64,000 nt of DNA from Phoronis australis. Lineage: Eukaryota > Animalia > Phoronida. The DNA is taken from contig NMRA01000550.1 in NCBI GenBank assembly GCA_002633005.1, forward strand, positions 56,089-120,088, read 5' to 3'. Below, one piece after another: positions 37,083 through 51,575 of the stretch; the first letter of the stretch is position 1; every line of letters begins with the position of its first letter. The position numbers and the translations under genes were made by a program. Below the pieces are notes generated by a model. It had not been told where the DNA came from. It made no database searches and worked only from the letters and a program-made list of their open reading frames with translations.

Positions 37083-40000
37083 GTGTGACATAAGTGTGTC
37101 GCGTGCTTCCTACTATTTCATTAACAGATAGCATCCGAAGTTTTTGTCCGAGACATGTGTGGTTCGTAAAATATGACTTCAGTTGTTTGCTAATAACAGG
37201 GGGTCATGCCTTTGAGTGTTGGTGAGTGCTACGTAACCTACCTCTCAGGAAAGGTCTTAAAACTTTTATTTGATGATCATAAATCATAGTCCCGTAATTA
37301 GACAACTAGTGTTTGATTGGTTCCAATTTTTGTTGGGCAATTAAAGCTTCATTGTATTGGTGCATCACATGGTCATTCCACTGTGCAGAGACTCGTGTTA
37401 GTCTCGGGAACATTATCGTTCTAGCTGAGTCAGTTCAAGCCCAGCTTGCACAAAATCTAAATCAGCTCCGAATTATCTTTTGCTCACTACGTAGAGATGC
37501 TTCGTCAAGCGTTAATTCTTAACATAATGTTTCAAAATGACTGATTGAAGACCAACTTGTTATGTTGGCAGTAAAACGCGTCAATTAAACGTCCAATTAA
37601 CTATACTAATTATTGACAGTTAGTACGATGTAGAACAAACTGTGTCTTCATGTTTCTGTAGTGAAGACTGACAGACGATTTGAGAATTAACGGAGCGAGA
37701 CGTATCAAACGAATGCGGGCAAGATCCACATTCCAATATTTGTTAGATTAATGTAGTTCAGTGCTAAGATAAAAATCTGTCTGATTGATATTTCTTAAGA
37801 GTTGTATTTTCAGAATTTTATTAAATTATTTTGAAATTTGTGCTTCTTCTTATTATAATCACCCTATAGTCCATGCATGCGGAGGGTCGTACCCCGTGTA
37901 CGTTATTTAGGTTATTATACAACTCATTCAGGAATGTTGTTTCATGTCATAAAATTGCAACAAACACAGATCGTATCGATAGCTTTTTATCTTATGATAA
38001 AGAATGTTTGCTTTAAACGATTTGCTTGTGTAGCGTCAGCAGTGACAAATCAGAGCCATTAATAGTTACAGTGATTATTTAGTTCTCACAAGTGTCCTTG
38101 TCTGATACGACGGAATTGCGTTCATTCCGGTCCCATTTCCAACGACAAGCGCTAATTAATGAAGAGAGGACGTCTTCACTGCTTCAGTTGTCGTATTGAT
38201 CAGAGTTACTCGGTAAGGCCAATGTTCGTTTTCAGTCCCAGTACTTAATTCCCCCAGGGTAACTTGAACTGCGCTGTTAAGTGACCCGAATCCGGGTGTA
38301 TGTTTTATTAACGCCTCCATGGGAATTTAACACAGCACTTCATTTATCGTAAGCAGAACATGACAGGCATTGATATCACAAGAGAGTGATGAAATTTACA
38401 AAACACTCTAAAACACACACCAGGTTTTTTTTTTCTTAATATTCGGATAATGACTGCCAGCGCCTTCTGGTGCTAGTTCCTCTCATTGAATAAAAGATTA
38501 GCAATTCCATTTCATTATCATTGCTAGACTAAATGACGTCGGGATTATTGGTATTTACATGGAAAATGATGCCCTTCTTAACTGGTCTTGATGCCTTGCA
38601 AAACAGTTTATCTGTTAAATACTACGTCGTATAAACGAGTCATGGACGAATAATATCTGAACAGAGGATTCATCTCAAACGAGGCAAATAGAAAATAGAT
38701 TTGTCTATGTAGGGTTACGCTCGCCAAATCGGAATGTAAATACACGTAACTACGTTGTAATGACTAAACAGTATGAGGCAAAGAACTGCAGTTTAGGGTG
38801 ATTCTGCATTCTGTGAGACTATGAGAGTGTATATAAAACAATGCGTGCTACAGCACAGTCCTAAATGATATTCTGATAAAAATGAAACGCGATAATGATA
38901 ACGAAATCCTGTAGAAATCGTAAACACCCGTGGTTGGACGTTTTCAGTCAGGCACTAGCTCAAAGCAAGAGAGTTTTGAATGTAAACAGATACAATAGCT
39001 GCTGATTCAATCACGCTGGTAAAATTTAGTGACTGGTAAATAATGCTATGCTCCTGAGCACGACATGAATCTCCAGAATATCTAGGGATATCATTTTCCG
39101 AAAGGGTAGATGGCTGGGTTGGAATTTTAGACAGTTGTGACGCAAATACATTGCGACAATATGTCGAGCACTGACAGGACCCACTTTTGAGTCTTGAGCT
39201 CAAATAAAAAGTGCGTAAAAACTCAGTTCCTCAGTCATGTATTTTTAGTATTGTTCAATCATCTTTTAGTGTCATTATCCACACGGATTCTCATTTTCCA
39301 TTAGCGTCTGACCTGGTTTGTCCTCGCGTGAGTTTTTATGTTGACAGAAAATCGATTTTCTTTGCTCGGGCCTGTGGGTTTCTAACAAAACAAATAATGG
39401 GTTTGATATGGTTTTATTTGTCTTCTTTGAATGGCCACTTGTTTACGCGGTGCGTTACCAGTCAATAATAGCCTCGACATAAAATTATGCGCCAGTTCAC
39501 ACCATTAAACCGGGAAGGGCTTATTTTTAATGCAATACGTTACAGCCTTAGGATTAGGCAGGACCCTCGAAAATGCCCAAATTTGTCTAACCACGGAACA
39601 TGATATCGCCAAACATGGCTGACTTGATTCCTTTGATAGCACGCTCAACTCGCTATCAAATGTTTTAAAATGTTCTACTTTTGCAAGAGGCATCGTCATA
39701 CATTGGACTTTTGGTTTTTTTATAAAACAAGTTGCATGAACGAAAACAGTATAATTTAGAAAACTGTAACAGCATTTTTGAGATGTCATCTTGAACAAGT
39801 TATCAGACGTTGTTTTGCTTTGAATGTGTCTCTCTTCTTTGCTAACTTTTATTAAAAGGACAAGGTCAGGTGGCACCATTAATAGCGGATTGGTGAAATG
39901 TCTAAAAGCGACCTCTGCTGGCTTCCTACTCTAAGAAAATGTAAATCTTTACTGAGTTAAAATCCATACTTGGCTAAATACACAGACAAGGTCCTAGAAA

Positions 40001-40721
40001 TTGTGAGGAGTAACAGTGGTGTAGTGGTAAAATTTGGTGTAAATGGGCGCCCACATCCCCCCCCCCCCCCCCACCNTATGTTTGTTTCGATCTATGATAC
40101 GTATATTTAACATGTTCAAAAGTCATTTGGCCGTTATGGGGGGGGGGTCTTTAAGAGAACACGAGTCTCAGTAAGATCATAAATTTCATAGTTAGCACCG
40201 ACGCTATTAACAATCAAGTTAGCGGCGGTCGCAACTCCAATTGATGTCGCTTTCGCACAACTGCTCTCAGGGGAAAAATTCTCATCACTATCTGATAACT
40301 CCATGTAGCACATGGCCCGACGTCTCAAATAAAAAATAATCTGATTTGATACGAAGCCGTGCAAAAATAGGAACTCCATCTCGCCGCATTAAAAACTCTC
40401 TGAAATGTTTTCTCCTCAAAGGCAGATGTTTTGGAAGATGTGTGTGGCATTTAATCTGACTTCGTTTGCGTTGTAAAGATAACCTCTGGGATTACGAAAA
40501 ATAGTGTATCAATCAAGTTATTTTCAGGAAATGAGGTCACTGGCCCATTTTGCAAAGCATAACGTATAGACAATTATGTGCACATGCGCACACATTGTAC
40601 ATTTTGACAATAGATTCGTGTCTTTCTTCGGATTTTGATAAACATTTGACACGGTTTCTTAAATCTTTTATGCTGTTTGTTTTTGTTACATTCACAAAAA
40701 TATCGTCGACTGTATTTTTGA

Positions 40722-40780
40722 TAAGGGGTTAGTATTTTTGATAGGAGGTTAGTATTTTTGATAGGAGGTTAGTATTTTTG
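40722..40780. repeat. 20-bp tandem repeat, about 3 copies
   Basis: (gtatttttgataggaggtta)n. Confidence 0.8.
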
Positions 40781-41395
40781 GCGAAGATCGTTTCCTAAAG
40801 GAAACACTAATAAAAAATTAATTCTATTTTCAACAACACTTAAGTCAGAACAAAAAACACACCTTAAGTGAACGTACAGTACCCGTTCTTCTATCAGCTA
40901 CTGACATTGTTAACAAGTAAGACTGTTACTACCAATTTCTTTCGTTACCCATCCTGTACTCGCCCCCAGCTTAGTTCTACCACAACGCTGGAAAATCAAA
41001 TTTGTTGGCCGGTGCTCGTCCCCCTTCCGCCGCTTTTTTGCAGTCGCGCAAAGGTAAGTTTTTAGTAAACACGTAATCTTTCAGTAAACAAGTATTTCCA
41101 GACATGCGCACCACGAAGAGTCGTCTCATTAATTAACAATAGCACTGACGCCATACAAAAGTTAAAGATATCCAGGGGTTTGTTTCATGAAAATAACGTA
41201 GAGAATATATCTGAAACTAAATAAGGCGATCCAGATCCTCCCAAGGATACTATTGTTTCATGAAATGAAGAATATAAATCGGTAAATAAAACAACAAGAA
41301 TGGATCAACTGAAATTTGAGATTTTCGGATGTAATAACTTCCTTTGTCAACAAAAACAGAAATAAAGTAAAATCAAACACAAAATGACAATTGAC

Positions 41396-41680
41396 ATATG
41401 AGATATGGTGTAATGAATATGATACATATAGATTATTACATGGCGAAGTCGTTATCCCCCGTTATCTAGAGCCCGAGTGGATTTTGGAGAATTATCGCCG
41501 GGAGGTGTCAGCCCCGAGGGTGATAATTCTACAAAATCCACGAGGTATAAATTATTTTTTTATTGGATAGACAAACTTAATACAATAGAACCTCATGGAT
41601 TGTACATAAAAACTTCTTAAAATATGTCATTGAATTTTTTACGCAAAAATGTATCATATTCATTACACCATATCTTATAT
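41396..41680. mobile_element. MITE-like inverted-repeat element
   Basis: atatgagatatggtgtaatgaatatgatacat / atgtatcatattcattacaccatatcttatat. Confidence 0.6.
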
Positions 41681-42801
41681 TTCATGAAAAGTGACACAAA
41701 TGTGGTCCTACGCTCTTCACAATGAAAAGTAATTAAATCTCGCTTGGACAATATACACATAAGTTCTAGTTGCTGAGACAATTTCTATAAATTATTTCTA
41801 GAATGTGAGGAGACAATGTGGCTCAGAGGTTAAAGTTTCGGACTTCCGCTTGGGAGAAATGAGCATTGCACAAAGATGTCGATTTCTGGGGCTGTGCTCA
41901 TATTTAATAAAGGCTCTTTTTCAACAGCTGTGAAGGGGAAGCGTAAGGCCAAATTTCTGGTCTGAGTCGCATTCCACTAAACAGACCCCAGCAAATAAAG
42001 GTTAGATTATTTTTATTGCCAACGTTGAAATCAGAGGATGGAATGTTGCTGACACTTATGTGGTAGTTGGGGTAAAGTCTGTGGTATTACATTACTGTGA
42101 CTGGTAAAGTTGCATATTTTTATGTTGCTTTCATGGTTGAAGGTTCAAATGTTTTACTTCGATTCCTATCTCTGCTCACAGCTCTCTCCCATTACTGGGT
42201 GTCGCGATTCGACACCTTTAATCTACTCTGGCATTCAGATGAACACAATAAGTGCAGGGCCTGTTTCAACTCAAAGTGACAAGTGGTTTACATCGGGACA
42301 AAGTCATTTTTCGTTTGTTCTCGTTTCACGTTGCCCGAGGGAAAACAAGCTTTTCTCGTGACTGTTGTGATCTCTTTTGACATAGTCCATCAATAAGTGA
42401 ACGGTGTTATTTTTCACCCAGAAAATCACAATTGCTGTCGATAAAGATGAATAGAAAGTCCCATTGCCATATGGCAGGGCAATAGCATAGGTCCAGGGAC
42501 TTTTTCAGACTCACTTCTTGGAAGGCTTTTTTAAAAATGCTGCATCGTACGTACTGCAACAACGGACCGTAAGCGACCTGGCGAGATTCTATTATACCTT
42601 GACGAGAGAATGTGACGGCTTACCATGGTAACACCCATGAACTATTGACCCCTCTGAAGTGACGGGGACAAATTGTTAACTTGACACGGGAGATGCTGCA
42701 ACAGTCGGTTGGTGTCATATTGCAGCAGTTGGTTGTTTTTGGCGAATACAAGACGATATGTATCCAGTGGTGAAGAACAACTTTTAAAATCATAGCCTGA
42801 G

Positions 42802-43039
42802 TTTGCACACACCCAGCCTAAAAATGGGGTGGTTAAATTTTTGAGAATGTGAACCTTTATTAAGATTCACGGGGTACGCTCAGAATTATGAATTGTGCAT
42901 TCGCCGATTTTTGGTAGTTCCTGCCTTTTTAGTGGACTTTCGTTTCGTTTTCTGCCTTTTTTCAGAGTTTTTGTTTCACTTAGGTGGACCTGTTTGCCCA
43001 TTTCGCCAAACGAGCCCCCCTCACCTGTGTGCGTGCATG
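42802..43039 (+). mobile_element. CATGCGCGCACCCAG-family MITE, degenerate
   Basis: cacccagcctaaaaatgggg...gattcacggggtacg...gcgtgcatg. Confidence 0.7.
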
Positions 43040-45666
43040 AATTTCTGTTGATAAAGTTATCCTCTTTTGAATTTCAATCACAATGATTTATTTATTCAAA
43101 ACAGTCAGACAGTATGGACAGCAACGCCATGTGCGTCATACTGGGTGTTGCGTCTTGTAGTATCCTGAACGTAAGAAACAAGTAACCAGATACTTTGCAT
43201 ACTATGATATTTACAGGTATATTCAAATTTTCTTTTTTGGGCCTTTGACGTCAATAAAGAAATTGCCTGCTAAATTTAGGCTTTTGAGACAGGATATATT
43301 TTTCGATAAATGTCATGTTTCCGTTTGCAAACGGAAATGCATAAAAATGTGCCGCAATTGTACGGTAATCTTATTCAAAAGAAGAACGCACTTAAAGTTT
43401 TGTTGCAGTTATACACATGAAAATACATGTATTGTGTGTCTCAAAGTTTAATTACCATATCACTGTCTATTCTCGTTTCTAAAACGAGTGCACACGCCTA
43501 AACACAAACAATTTCTGATTAAAACTTTCTATCTTGTGAACATGAAATTTGGCGCACATATGCCACTATTGTGAAATTTAAATGCCTATTTTTGGAAAAT
43601 CATTTTATGTTCGACATATGTTTCACCAATAAAAGGGTACGAAACAAGCTCGGTTTCCAGAGATGAAAGAGAAATTGAGAGCAAGCGACATAAATGTCAT
43701 TGTAATGTCACATAATTATACGAGGTGTACGGTATGGTAAAAAATATATGTTATACAATGGAAACAATAACAATCTCTTGATCAATGGACAATGAAAAGC
43801 GGCGAGAAACTACCAGAGGAAAGTTGGAAGACAACGTGCACAGTCAACCCCGTTCCTTGTACAAACCGAGGGAACGTAGCCGTGACTTCAGTTGCAGCAC
43901 CATTTTGTCCGGTTTAGCAGGCAACAAAACTAACATCGAATTTGGCCTACTCTCATGAGCTCATATTTCCGTTATCAACGAGAACATCAAAGCCATCATG
44001 GACTCGAGAATACGCTTCAGAGTATATTGATGTTAGCCAACGCTAAAATTGCAGATTCTAAAATGGCGCGTGTTGACCTGCGCTTTACCTGTGGCTTGAG
44101 TTGCCAACTCATTCAGCAATAAATTATGATCGGATGAGCGTTATGTTTTAAAACCTCAAGGCACTTCAAATTTCAACGTTGATAACTAAACAGAAACGAA
44201 ATTCAAGTGGAATAAAATCAAGTTTTCGTGATTTACTCAAAATTGTTTCCGTCACCTGTCGACTACTTGCCCGGAATGATGCAATCCTTGTTGACCTAAA
44301 GGACTAAGACTAGAGTACCAATGGCTGATTTTGACCTTATCACTGGCCTGGATTAATCAAAGCCCTTGTTTGCACAGCTGTCGCAGACACCTGAAAAACG
44401 GCATAACTGACAGAAAGTACATTCAATGGGGTTTCTCAAAAATGGAGAAATCAAATCCATATATTTTTACCTTGCTACAACCACCGTGAAAAAAAGAAAT
44501 CGAGATGCCAAAAATGACCAAAAAAGTGCGATTTTGGCCATTTTTTACCTAAAATCGCAAATTCACGACTGCCCCGGTGTAAGAAAGGAGACCATCATCC
44601 GAAACATTTCAAAAATTCAGGTTAAAATATGTCATTACCAATCAGATTTTGACAATTTGCACTTGTCTGAAACGTACCTGTATTAGCGCCAAGAATTCAA
44701 AACTCAATACAGTCTCGTCCGCAAGCCTCAACATGGCGCTGATCGGTTTAGCCATTTGGGGCTTCGTTATGGGAAATGGAATGTGTCAGAATTCTGACAC
44801 ATTTTTACGGAAATCGCCGCAATAAAAAGTTATATCAATTTTGACATTTTCTGCAGTATAATATGAAAATGAAAACTAACGGTATATTGCAGCAATTTAG
44901 GCCTAAATTATTGGCAAAATTATGTATTTTGATTCGAAAACCGTTTAATTTCTATGATACTATTAATAAAATAAATACCCCTACAACCTTTATTTCAAAC
45001 AATAACCAAAACAATGCCTTCTGCTTCTTGAATGGCAGCAACAACCCCTACAAAAATCATTAAAATCTGCCTTGGTTTTAATGACATCAAGGCAGCAGCC
45101 AATCATTGCACAGAAGGTATTCCCGTAACCAAGCCTCAAAGGGCTAAACCAAACTCTGACATCTCGAGGCTTGGGGACGAGGCTGAACTCAACGTTACAA
45201 AAGGGTGTGCTTTTAAAATGACGGCACTTCCGTATCCTAGTAGACAAAAATGCAGGCCAAATTTCTGGACTCAGTTTATTCAAAACAACTTCAAGGAACT
45301 ATTGTATACTATTTGTGGCAACCACTCCCCATTTAGTCACCAAAACTGACGTCACACCCAACCTAACTCCATTTCCTTCATTTTTGGGGAAATACACAGG
45401 CATCTACTGTGGCCTCAGACCTAAAACTGTCTTCACCGTGCGACGTTTCGAGTCGGAATTAAATCGCCCGATAGCCACGCTTACATGTTTTGCAGAAATT
45501 AACTTCACTTTTTAGAATTGTTTTATTTCAAAGATGCAACTTAGTTCGACAGGGTACAAGAACGGATACAATTTTCGTTAGTAAATGTTTCGTATTTTAA
45601 CAGACGCTGGTTCGCACAACTCTCCGTATGCCGTTTTTTGTCATGAAGAACGCTGATGTGTGGACC

Positions 45667-45964
45667 TAGGGGCGGATCCAGGATTTTGAGATAGGGGGGC
45701 AGGGCACAGGAATAACCAGAATTTCGCCTCATGCGCGTGCCCAGCCTAAATGTAGGATTGTAGGGGGTCTCGAAATTTTGGGTTTGTGGACCTTATTACT
45801 AAAAAAACGGGGTTTGTTCAAGGCCTATGCATTGTGCATTCGCACCCCGAGTCCGCCAGGGTGCTAGTCAGCAATTCGCACCCCGAATTGCCAAATGGAA
45901 TCTGGGAGAATTTTAGGGGGGAAATGGTCCCCTTGGCCCCGCCCGCCCCATAAATCCGCCACTG
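45667..45964 (+). mobile_element. hAT-like MITE, family CAGGGGCGGATCCAGG, with a CATGCGCG-family fragment inside; other copies 50861-51010 and 51576-51740
   Basis: TIR (c/t)aggggcggat / atccgccactg; flanks GGACC/GGACT. Confidence 0.7.
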
Positions 45965-46127
45965 GGACTTATTCGCTAAAAAGCACCTCTGCCCAGTTCA
46001 TCAGATTCAAATGATCAGGAACCCATTCCGTAGACGCCATACACTGGCGAAAACGCAAAATCGTGCGAGTCTTTGCGACATGTCGGCGTGGATTACAAAC
46101 ACAAAGCACGTTATCACAATAGCTTTA

Positions 46128-46578
46128 CCCGTTCCAAACGCCGTAACACCGTTCAAGAGTCTATTAAATGCAAGCCGTTACATGCTTGAAATATATTACT
46201 ACAATACATTATGCCGCACCGTAACACTCTTCAACGAGTCCTACATGCATGTTACAGTGCGCTCCAGGATGAAGTCGATGTTTACTCTTGTTGCCAACAT
46301 TTTCGCTTATATTCAGCTTCGAGACTAGCGGCAATCTGTATTTCTCGCCGAATTTAAAAAATGGCAGACTCAGATGCAAAAGCCGTATTCCAGAATTCTT
46401 AGGTCACGCGACTTCACACTTGTTCTCGTTGCCCAAAAAAGCCCGACTCATTGTGAGCTTGTTGAAGAGTGTTACAGTGTATAACGTATTGTAGTAAAAT
46501 ATTACAGTGAGCTGCAAGCATGTAACGGCTTGCATTTGGTAATAGACTCTTGAATGGTGTGACAGCGTTTGAAACGGG
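46128..46578. mobile_element. MITE with ~110-bp imperfect inverted arms
   Basis: ccgttccaaacgc...ttcaagagtctatta..aatgcaagccgttacatgcttg and its reverse complement at 46455-46578. Confidence 0.65.
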
Positions 46579-48654
46579 TGGTTGTAATGCATGATGATAT
46601 GTAGTGGAGATTTGCGTGTTCTCGCTTTCCTCGCAAGATACTTGGTTTATGGAACGCGCAGTGCAGCCGGATATGTTTTGAATGAACTTAGTTTTCATCT
46701 GTTCCACTTGAGCATCTCGCCCTTCGGAAACTTTATTTATTCGGATTTACTAATTATATCCTAGTTCTAAAGAAGCGCCCCCTGGCTTCTCTCGGTGGGT
46801 GGTAGTGCCGCCCTTACACACCATTTCACATCCTCGACATTTTCATAAACATGTAAGTACAGTTTTGCTTCTAAGTGCTTGTGGGGTTTTCCGTGCAGCA
46901 ATACACGTCACACCATAATATCGCCTTCCGCTTCTACCGTGAGATATGCATACTAGGACTCGCATACTCAAACTTCTCAATGATCATTGCATGGCCACAA
47001 CTGACGAGTTAATTTCATAGAAATGAAATTCCTTCCTGAGAAATTGAACGAAATGAATCCAAGCGCTAGTTCATTATCAAGGATTTCGCAGACCCACTGA
47101 ATATTTGGGGCAGCTGTACCTGCAGAAGACTTTTGAAGTGTTTAGCAAATAAAAAAATCTAAATTTGATATCAGATCCGGGCTATCCAGTAAATCTTGAC
47201 AAATTTCTAGCAGTTAGCGTTGTTGACGTTCGGGGAGAAATTTGCGACAACCGAATGTAGGACAAAATGTCGTGAAAATCTTTGTTCGAGTTTGAGAAAG
47301 ATGGCACTCAGACAACTTGGGCTACAAGGAGAGGTCAACGTTGGAGACATTAGAGTTTTACGCGTCCAATATAAACAATTTGAAATCTCCTCTGTTGATC
47401 AAAAGCGCTGCAGAGAAAGTATAATTTTTTTTCCTTTTATTCATCTTGGTTATACATGTACTCGACTGGTTGATTGTTTTTTCTATCGTCAAGTTTCGAA
47501 CGTCATGTGTTATTTCGCTTCAAATTGTCTGCTTTCTTCTTGGTTTTATTTCCACCTTTTGTAATCTGCAGTCCATTTTCGCGATGAAATAGACAAAATA
47601 AAGTAAAATAAATAAACAAGGTGATTTTCTTAGCACATTAAACTCGCCTCGTTTTACGGTCAACGCCTTTCATAAGTGGTTTGCGCAATCTGTGTAGAAT
47701 AAATGCTGTTGCTGCTGCCGCCGCCGTCGCCGCCGCTGCTCTTTGCTGCTGTTGTATTTTTCAGCATTATACAACTTGTTTGATGTTCCGCTGCTGCATT
47801 CATTTCGGGGTAATATTACAAATATCAGACATTTTAATCAATGATGTTCATTCATATGTACTCGTAGATAGTAAATCTCTATTGCATTACTACTCGGCTG
47901 ATGCATGCTGCGCTAAAGAGGATACGCCAATCAATCACTCCAGTCCGCGAAATTCATATAATCAGACAGAGACGCGAAGTACGTACATTACGAGCACTTT
48001 CGCTCGTTTCTTATTGTTAAATTGAAAACTAAACCCAAACCCCTTTGAACATAGGACTAATCATATGCAGGAAATACAATTCTGTTATCGGCTACGAGAA
48101 ATAAACAAGTTTTGTTTTAAAAATCATGATTACGTATTTCCGTTATATTGAAAGAGCTTCAATATCAGGCCAAGAAACATTATTCAAAAGAAATTGCATC
48201 TAGTTCGTTTTGCATCCAGTTTCATGAAATTTTAATTAAAGTAGAAACTGGAAACTTAATCACTCTTGATAAGATTGAGGATTTTTAACATAAAAGGAGC
48301 ACTGTTTTCCACTCATCCAGTTGTTGAAAACTGGTTAGATCTGGTAGATGCAATACGTAAACAATAGCGGAGGCTTGTACGTGATTTGCGGCGCTTCAGC
48401 AATAATCAAAAGCAACCTGCAGTGTTTAGACATATCTAATTTTCTTTCCCACAACCATTACGAAATTTCCCCTCGTCATTAGTTTCAGTAAAAATATTGA
48501 TTGTAAACCACTCAACTCCATTTAGAATTTCGCTCACGGCATGTTGTGGTCGGTTATTTTTTGCTTCGCCTTTGCGATCTGTCCCCAATGATTCTTGGTA
48601 TTTTAATAATTGAGTGAAACGAGTAAACACAACACAAGTCGAGCTGTGGAAAAG

Positions 48655-48762
48655 GGTAATGGTCGGATATAACGTGCCCTAATTTGATTGTCAGTTTTCT
48701 CCACGGATAACGGGAATCAAACTGGTTCTCAAAATACGGGCACGTTATATCCGACTATTGCC
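48655..48762. mobile_element. Short MITE/hairpin
   Basis: ggtaatggtcggatataacgtgccc / gggcacgttatatccgactattgcc. Confidence 0.65.
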
Positions 48763-48913
48763 GCTGTGGTATTGGTCTTGACAATCCTCTCTCATTTTTC
48801 AAATATGTTTTCAATACAATTTTTAAATTTTTATGACTTGTCTACTCTGTGAAAGTCCGACTATTGCGACACCTTGTAGTCAACAAGAGCGTAGTACGGT
48901 ATCTGATAATCGC

Positions 48914-49972
48914 TGGCCAAATGAGTGAACAATACGCACATAAATTACGTGCCTAAAGGCCCTGTCACACCTTGACGATTTAGCCAGCGTTTGCCGACAT
49001 ATCAGAATTTCCCTAAAACGCTGGCATACGCTGAATTATCGAATTTTTTTTCAATTTTGGGCGTATACATAGCGTATTCATAACGAGTTGGACGTATACA
49101 TAACGTATCAGTAAATTTTGTAGAACGTTTCGATAACTTATAGATAACTTATTCCAACGAATGCCTAGCGTGTTGCCGGCGTACACAACTTATGCCCAAC
49201 GATAGTCTTATGCATAGCGTGCAGCAGCGTATTGCCGACGATCACGTGTCGTAGTCTATAAAAAGGCTAAGGAGAACAGCTAGTAGGTATTCTCGTCTCA
49301 GCCTTGCCGGATCCTCCATCTCTCGGATGATATGAACATCTGCTCACCATGAAATCTAGAGAAGTACTGACGGGTTCCTCCTGTGAACCCCATTTTTATA
49401 TCCCAATTCCCCTAAACGCTACCAATACGCCATTATACGGCAGCTGTACGTTAGAAACACGTTCAGTAAGTTCTGTGGTCGTCCGGAACATGTTAAATAC
49501 GTCTACATACGTCAATATGCGTAGGAGATAAGTTCGATATAAGTTATACATACGTTCAAAGCACGTTACTCATAACTTTTGGGTACGCTAGACATTATCT
49601 CGACGTATTTGGACTTATGAGTAACCTACACTTAACGTGTTTGAACGTGTGTCAACGATCGCATAACTTACCTATTACTTATGGCCTGCGTATACGGGAC
49701 GTATAGCCATACGCTGACATACGTTGAGAAATTTTGAGCATGCGCTGTTAACGTATACAAAACTTACCCATAACTTATTCGACGTACGCCAGCGTATTTG
49801 CCAAATTTTTCATACGTCGGCATACGCTGGCTAAATCGTCAAGGTGTGACAGGGCCTTTAGTTAATTCTTGTTAGAGGGGTTGAGTAATTAGGTAAAGTA
49901 ATTACTTTACGCCGCAAATAAGAATTAAATTACGCACGTAATTTACGTGCGTATTGTTCACTCATTTGGCCA
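48914..49972. mobile_element. Nested MITEs: Harbinger-like element 48957-49857 inside a small TGGCCAAATGAG palindromic MITE
   Basis: Inner TIR aggccctgtcacaccttgacgatttagccagcgt (34 bp, perfect); outer TIR tggccaaatgagtgaacaatacgcac.taaattacgtgc. Confidence 0.85.
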
Positions 49973-51575
49973 ACACAGATAATCACACGCCAAGTGATGT
50001 TGTATGGATTTCGCAAGCTTTTGTTTAACTTGCGAGATCCATGCAACGTGCGTAAGCGAGTCGCACAGTTATCGCCAATGGGATGCTGTCACTGTTTTTC
50101 CTTTGTTACGTCTTTGTTGGATATTACACTACAGGCGGGTCGCACGAATATTGTATCTTGGGCGCCCATCAGCCGATTACCGATAAATGCTTACTATCAT
50201 CTTTACTATACAAAAGAAAAACAAGGTGAACAATAGATAGGCCTATCTATCGTTATCTATGCGAGGAACTTGCGTCCTAGTTTTCCTCACGGTTGGCACG
50301 GGCGTTTGTAGTGACCGCCTGCACGACACTAGTGTCGAATGAGACAGTATTGTCTCAACAGCGTTCTCGTTGTAAGCGTCCTCTTCTCATAAGTCGATTC
50401 TTTTCTTACGGGAGACTTCTCTTCTCATTGATGTACATAACAATAGAGCATGTCGAGAGCAAAGAATGAGGACGCCCGTGCGGTGTATGAGGCTGGAAGA
50501 TTGTCTACCCTGAAGTTAGGCTTACAAGCGGCAATTATCCGATCTGAAATGATTTCATGTCACATTCAACTTTCAAATAAGCTCAATTTTAAGATTAATT
50601 CAACTTTCGAATAAGCTCAATTCTAAGATTAATAAGACTGGTACTAAAAATGAACCAGATCACTGGATTATTAGTAAGTGTCACGAACTCATTAACGTTA
50701 TACCACATCGGATGATCAATTGGAAATTATGAAATGATTAGGTCCATGCAGCTCTGGATAGAAAACGCGGGTATTGATGATGGTGTGGCAATCATTCATA
50801 GTCTTGTTTACTTTATGTTCTTTTCAAAATTGTCGATGTCTAGAAGTTTAAAGTCTTAAACAGGGGTGGATCCAGGATTTTGAGTCAAGGGGGGCCAGTG
50901 CAGAGTATTAGCCAGGATTTTGCCCTTCAGACATTCGGACCCCCGTACTGCCAAATGGAATCTGGGGAATTTTATGGGGCTCCCTTGGCCTCCCTCAAAG
51001 TCCGCCACTGTCTTTGCATAGTAATTCATGGACACCGACAATGTGCAGACCTTCGCCGAGGGATAAGCATGGTGGCGCACTCATAGGGGCCCGGGGCTGG
51101 GGGCTATAGCCACCCCCCTTATTTCAGTGCTGCGCACCCATGATAAACCCGTGAGGACAAAACTGTCCCGGCTTTAGGGCACTCAATATACATTACGCTA
51201 CTGGTTGTACGGTACACTGAAATCTCAGGCTGGCACCGGCTCGGTGCCAAGTCCAGCACCGGAACGATGCCCCACACCGGGACTATAACGTTAAACGCTC
51301 AGATGCTGCCGTATCAGTACCAGCAAACCGTTACCAGGCTGGGTACGGTCGGTGCCATTTTGGTGCCGGGCTGATAGCGCACAGCGGATAGGCTACCGCG
51401 CCAGTTCCGATACCGCAAGCATCCAACCAGTACTGATTCGATGCCCTGCCGATAGGAGACCGGACAGCCTAGGAAAACACAACACGTAGGCCCGTATGCA
51501 ACTCAGTCATTTATTTTGTACAAGGCCAAAATGAAGCAAACTTTTGACATTTACGTTTGAGTTTGGTTCCATTTA

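Noticed and set aside
23918-40076. Single N bases at about 23918 and 40076
   Set aside because: Base-calling ambiguity in poly-C runs, not biology.
41810-41995. Second tRNA-derived SINE (tggctcagaggtta A-box)
   Set aside because: No clear B box or cloverleaf; too degenerate to call.
45032-45349. 105-aa ORF as the next exon of the 36501 gene
   Set aside because: No convincing splice sites or motif; it lies in repeat-like sequence.
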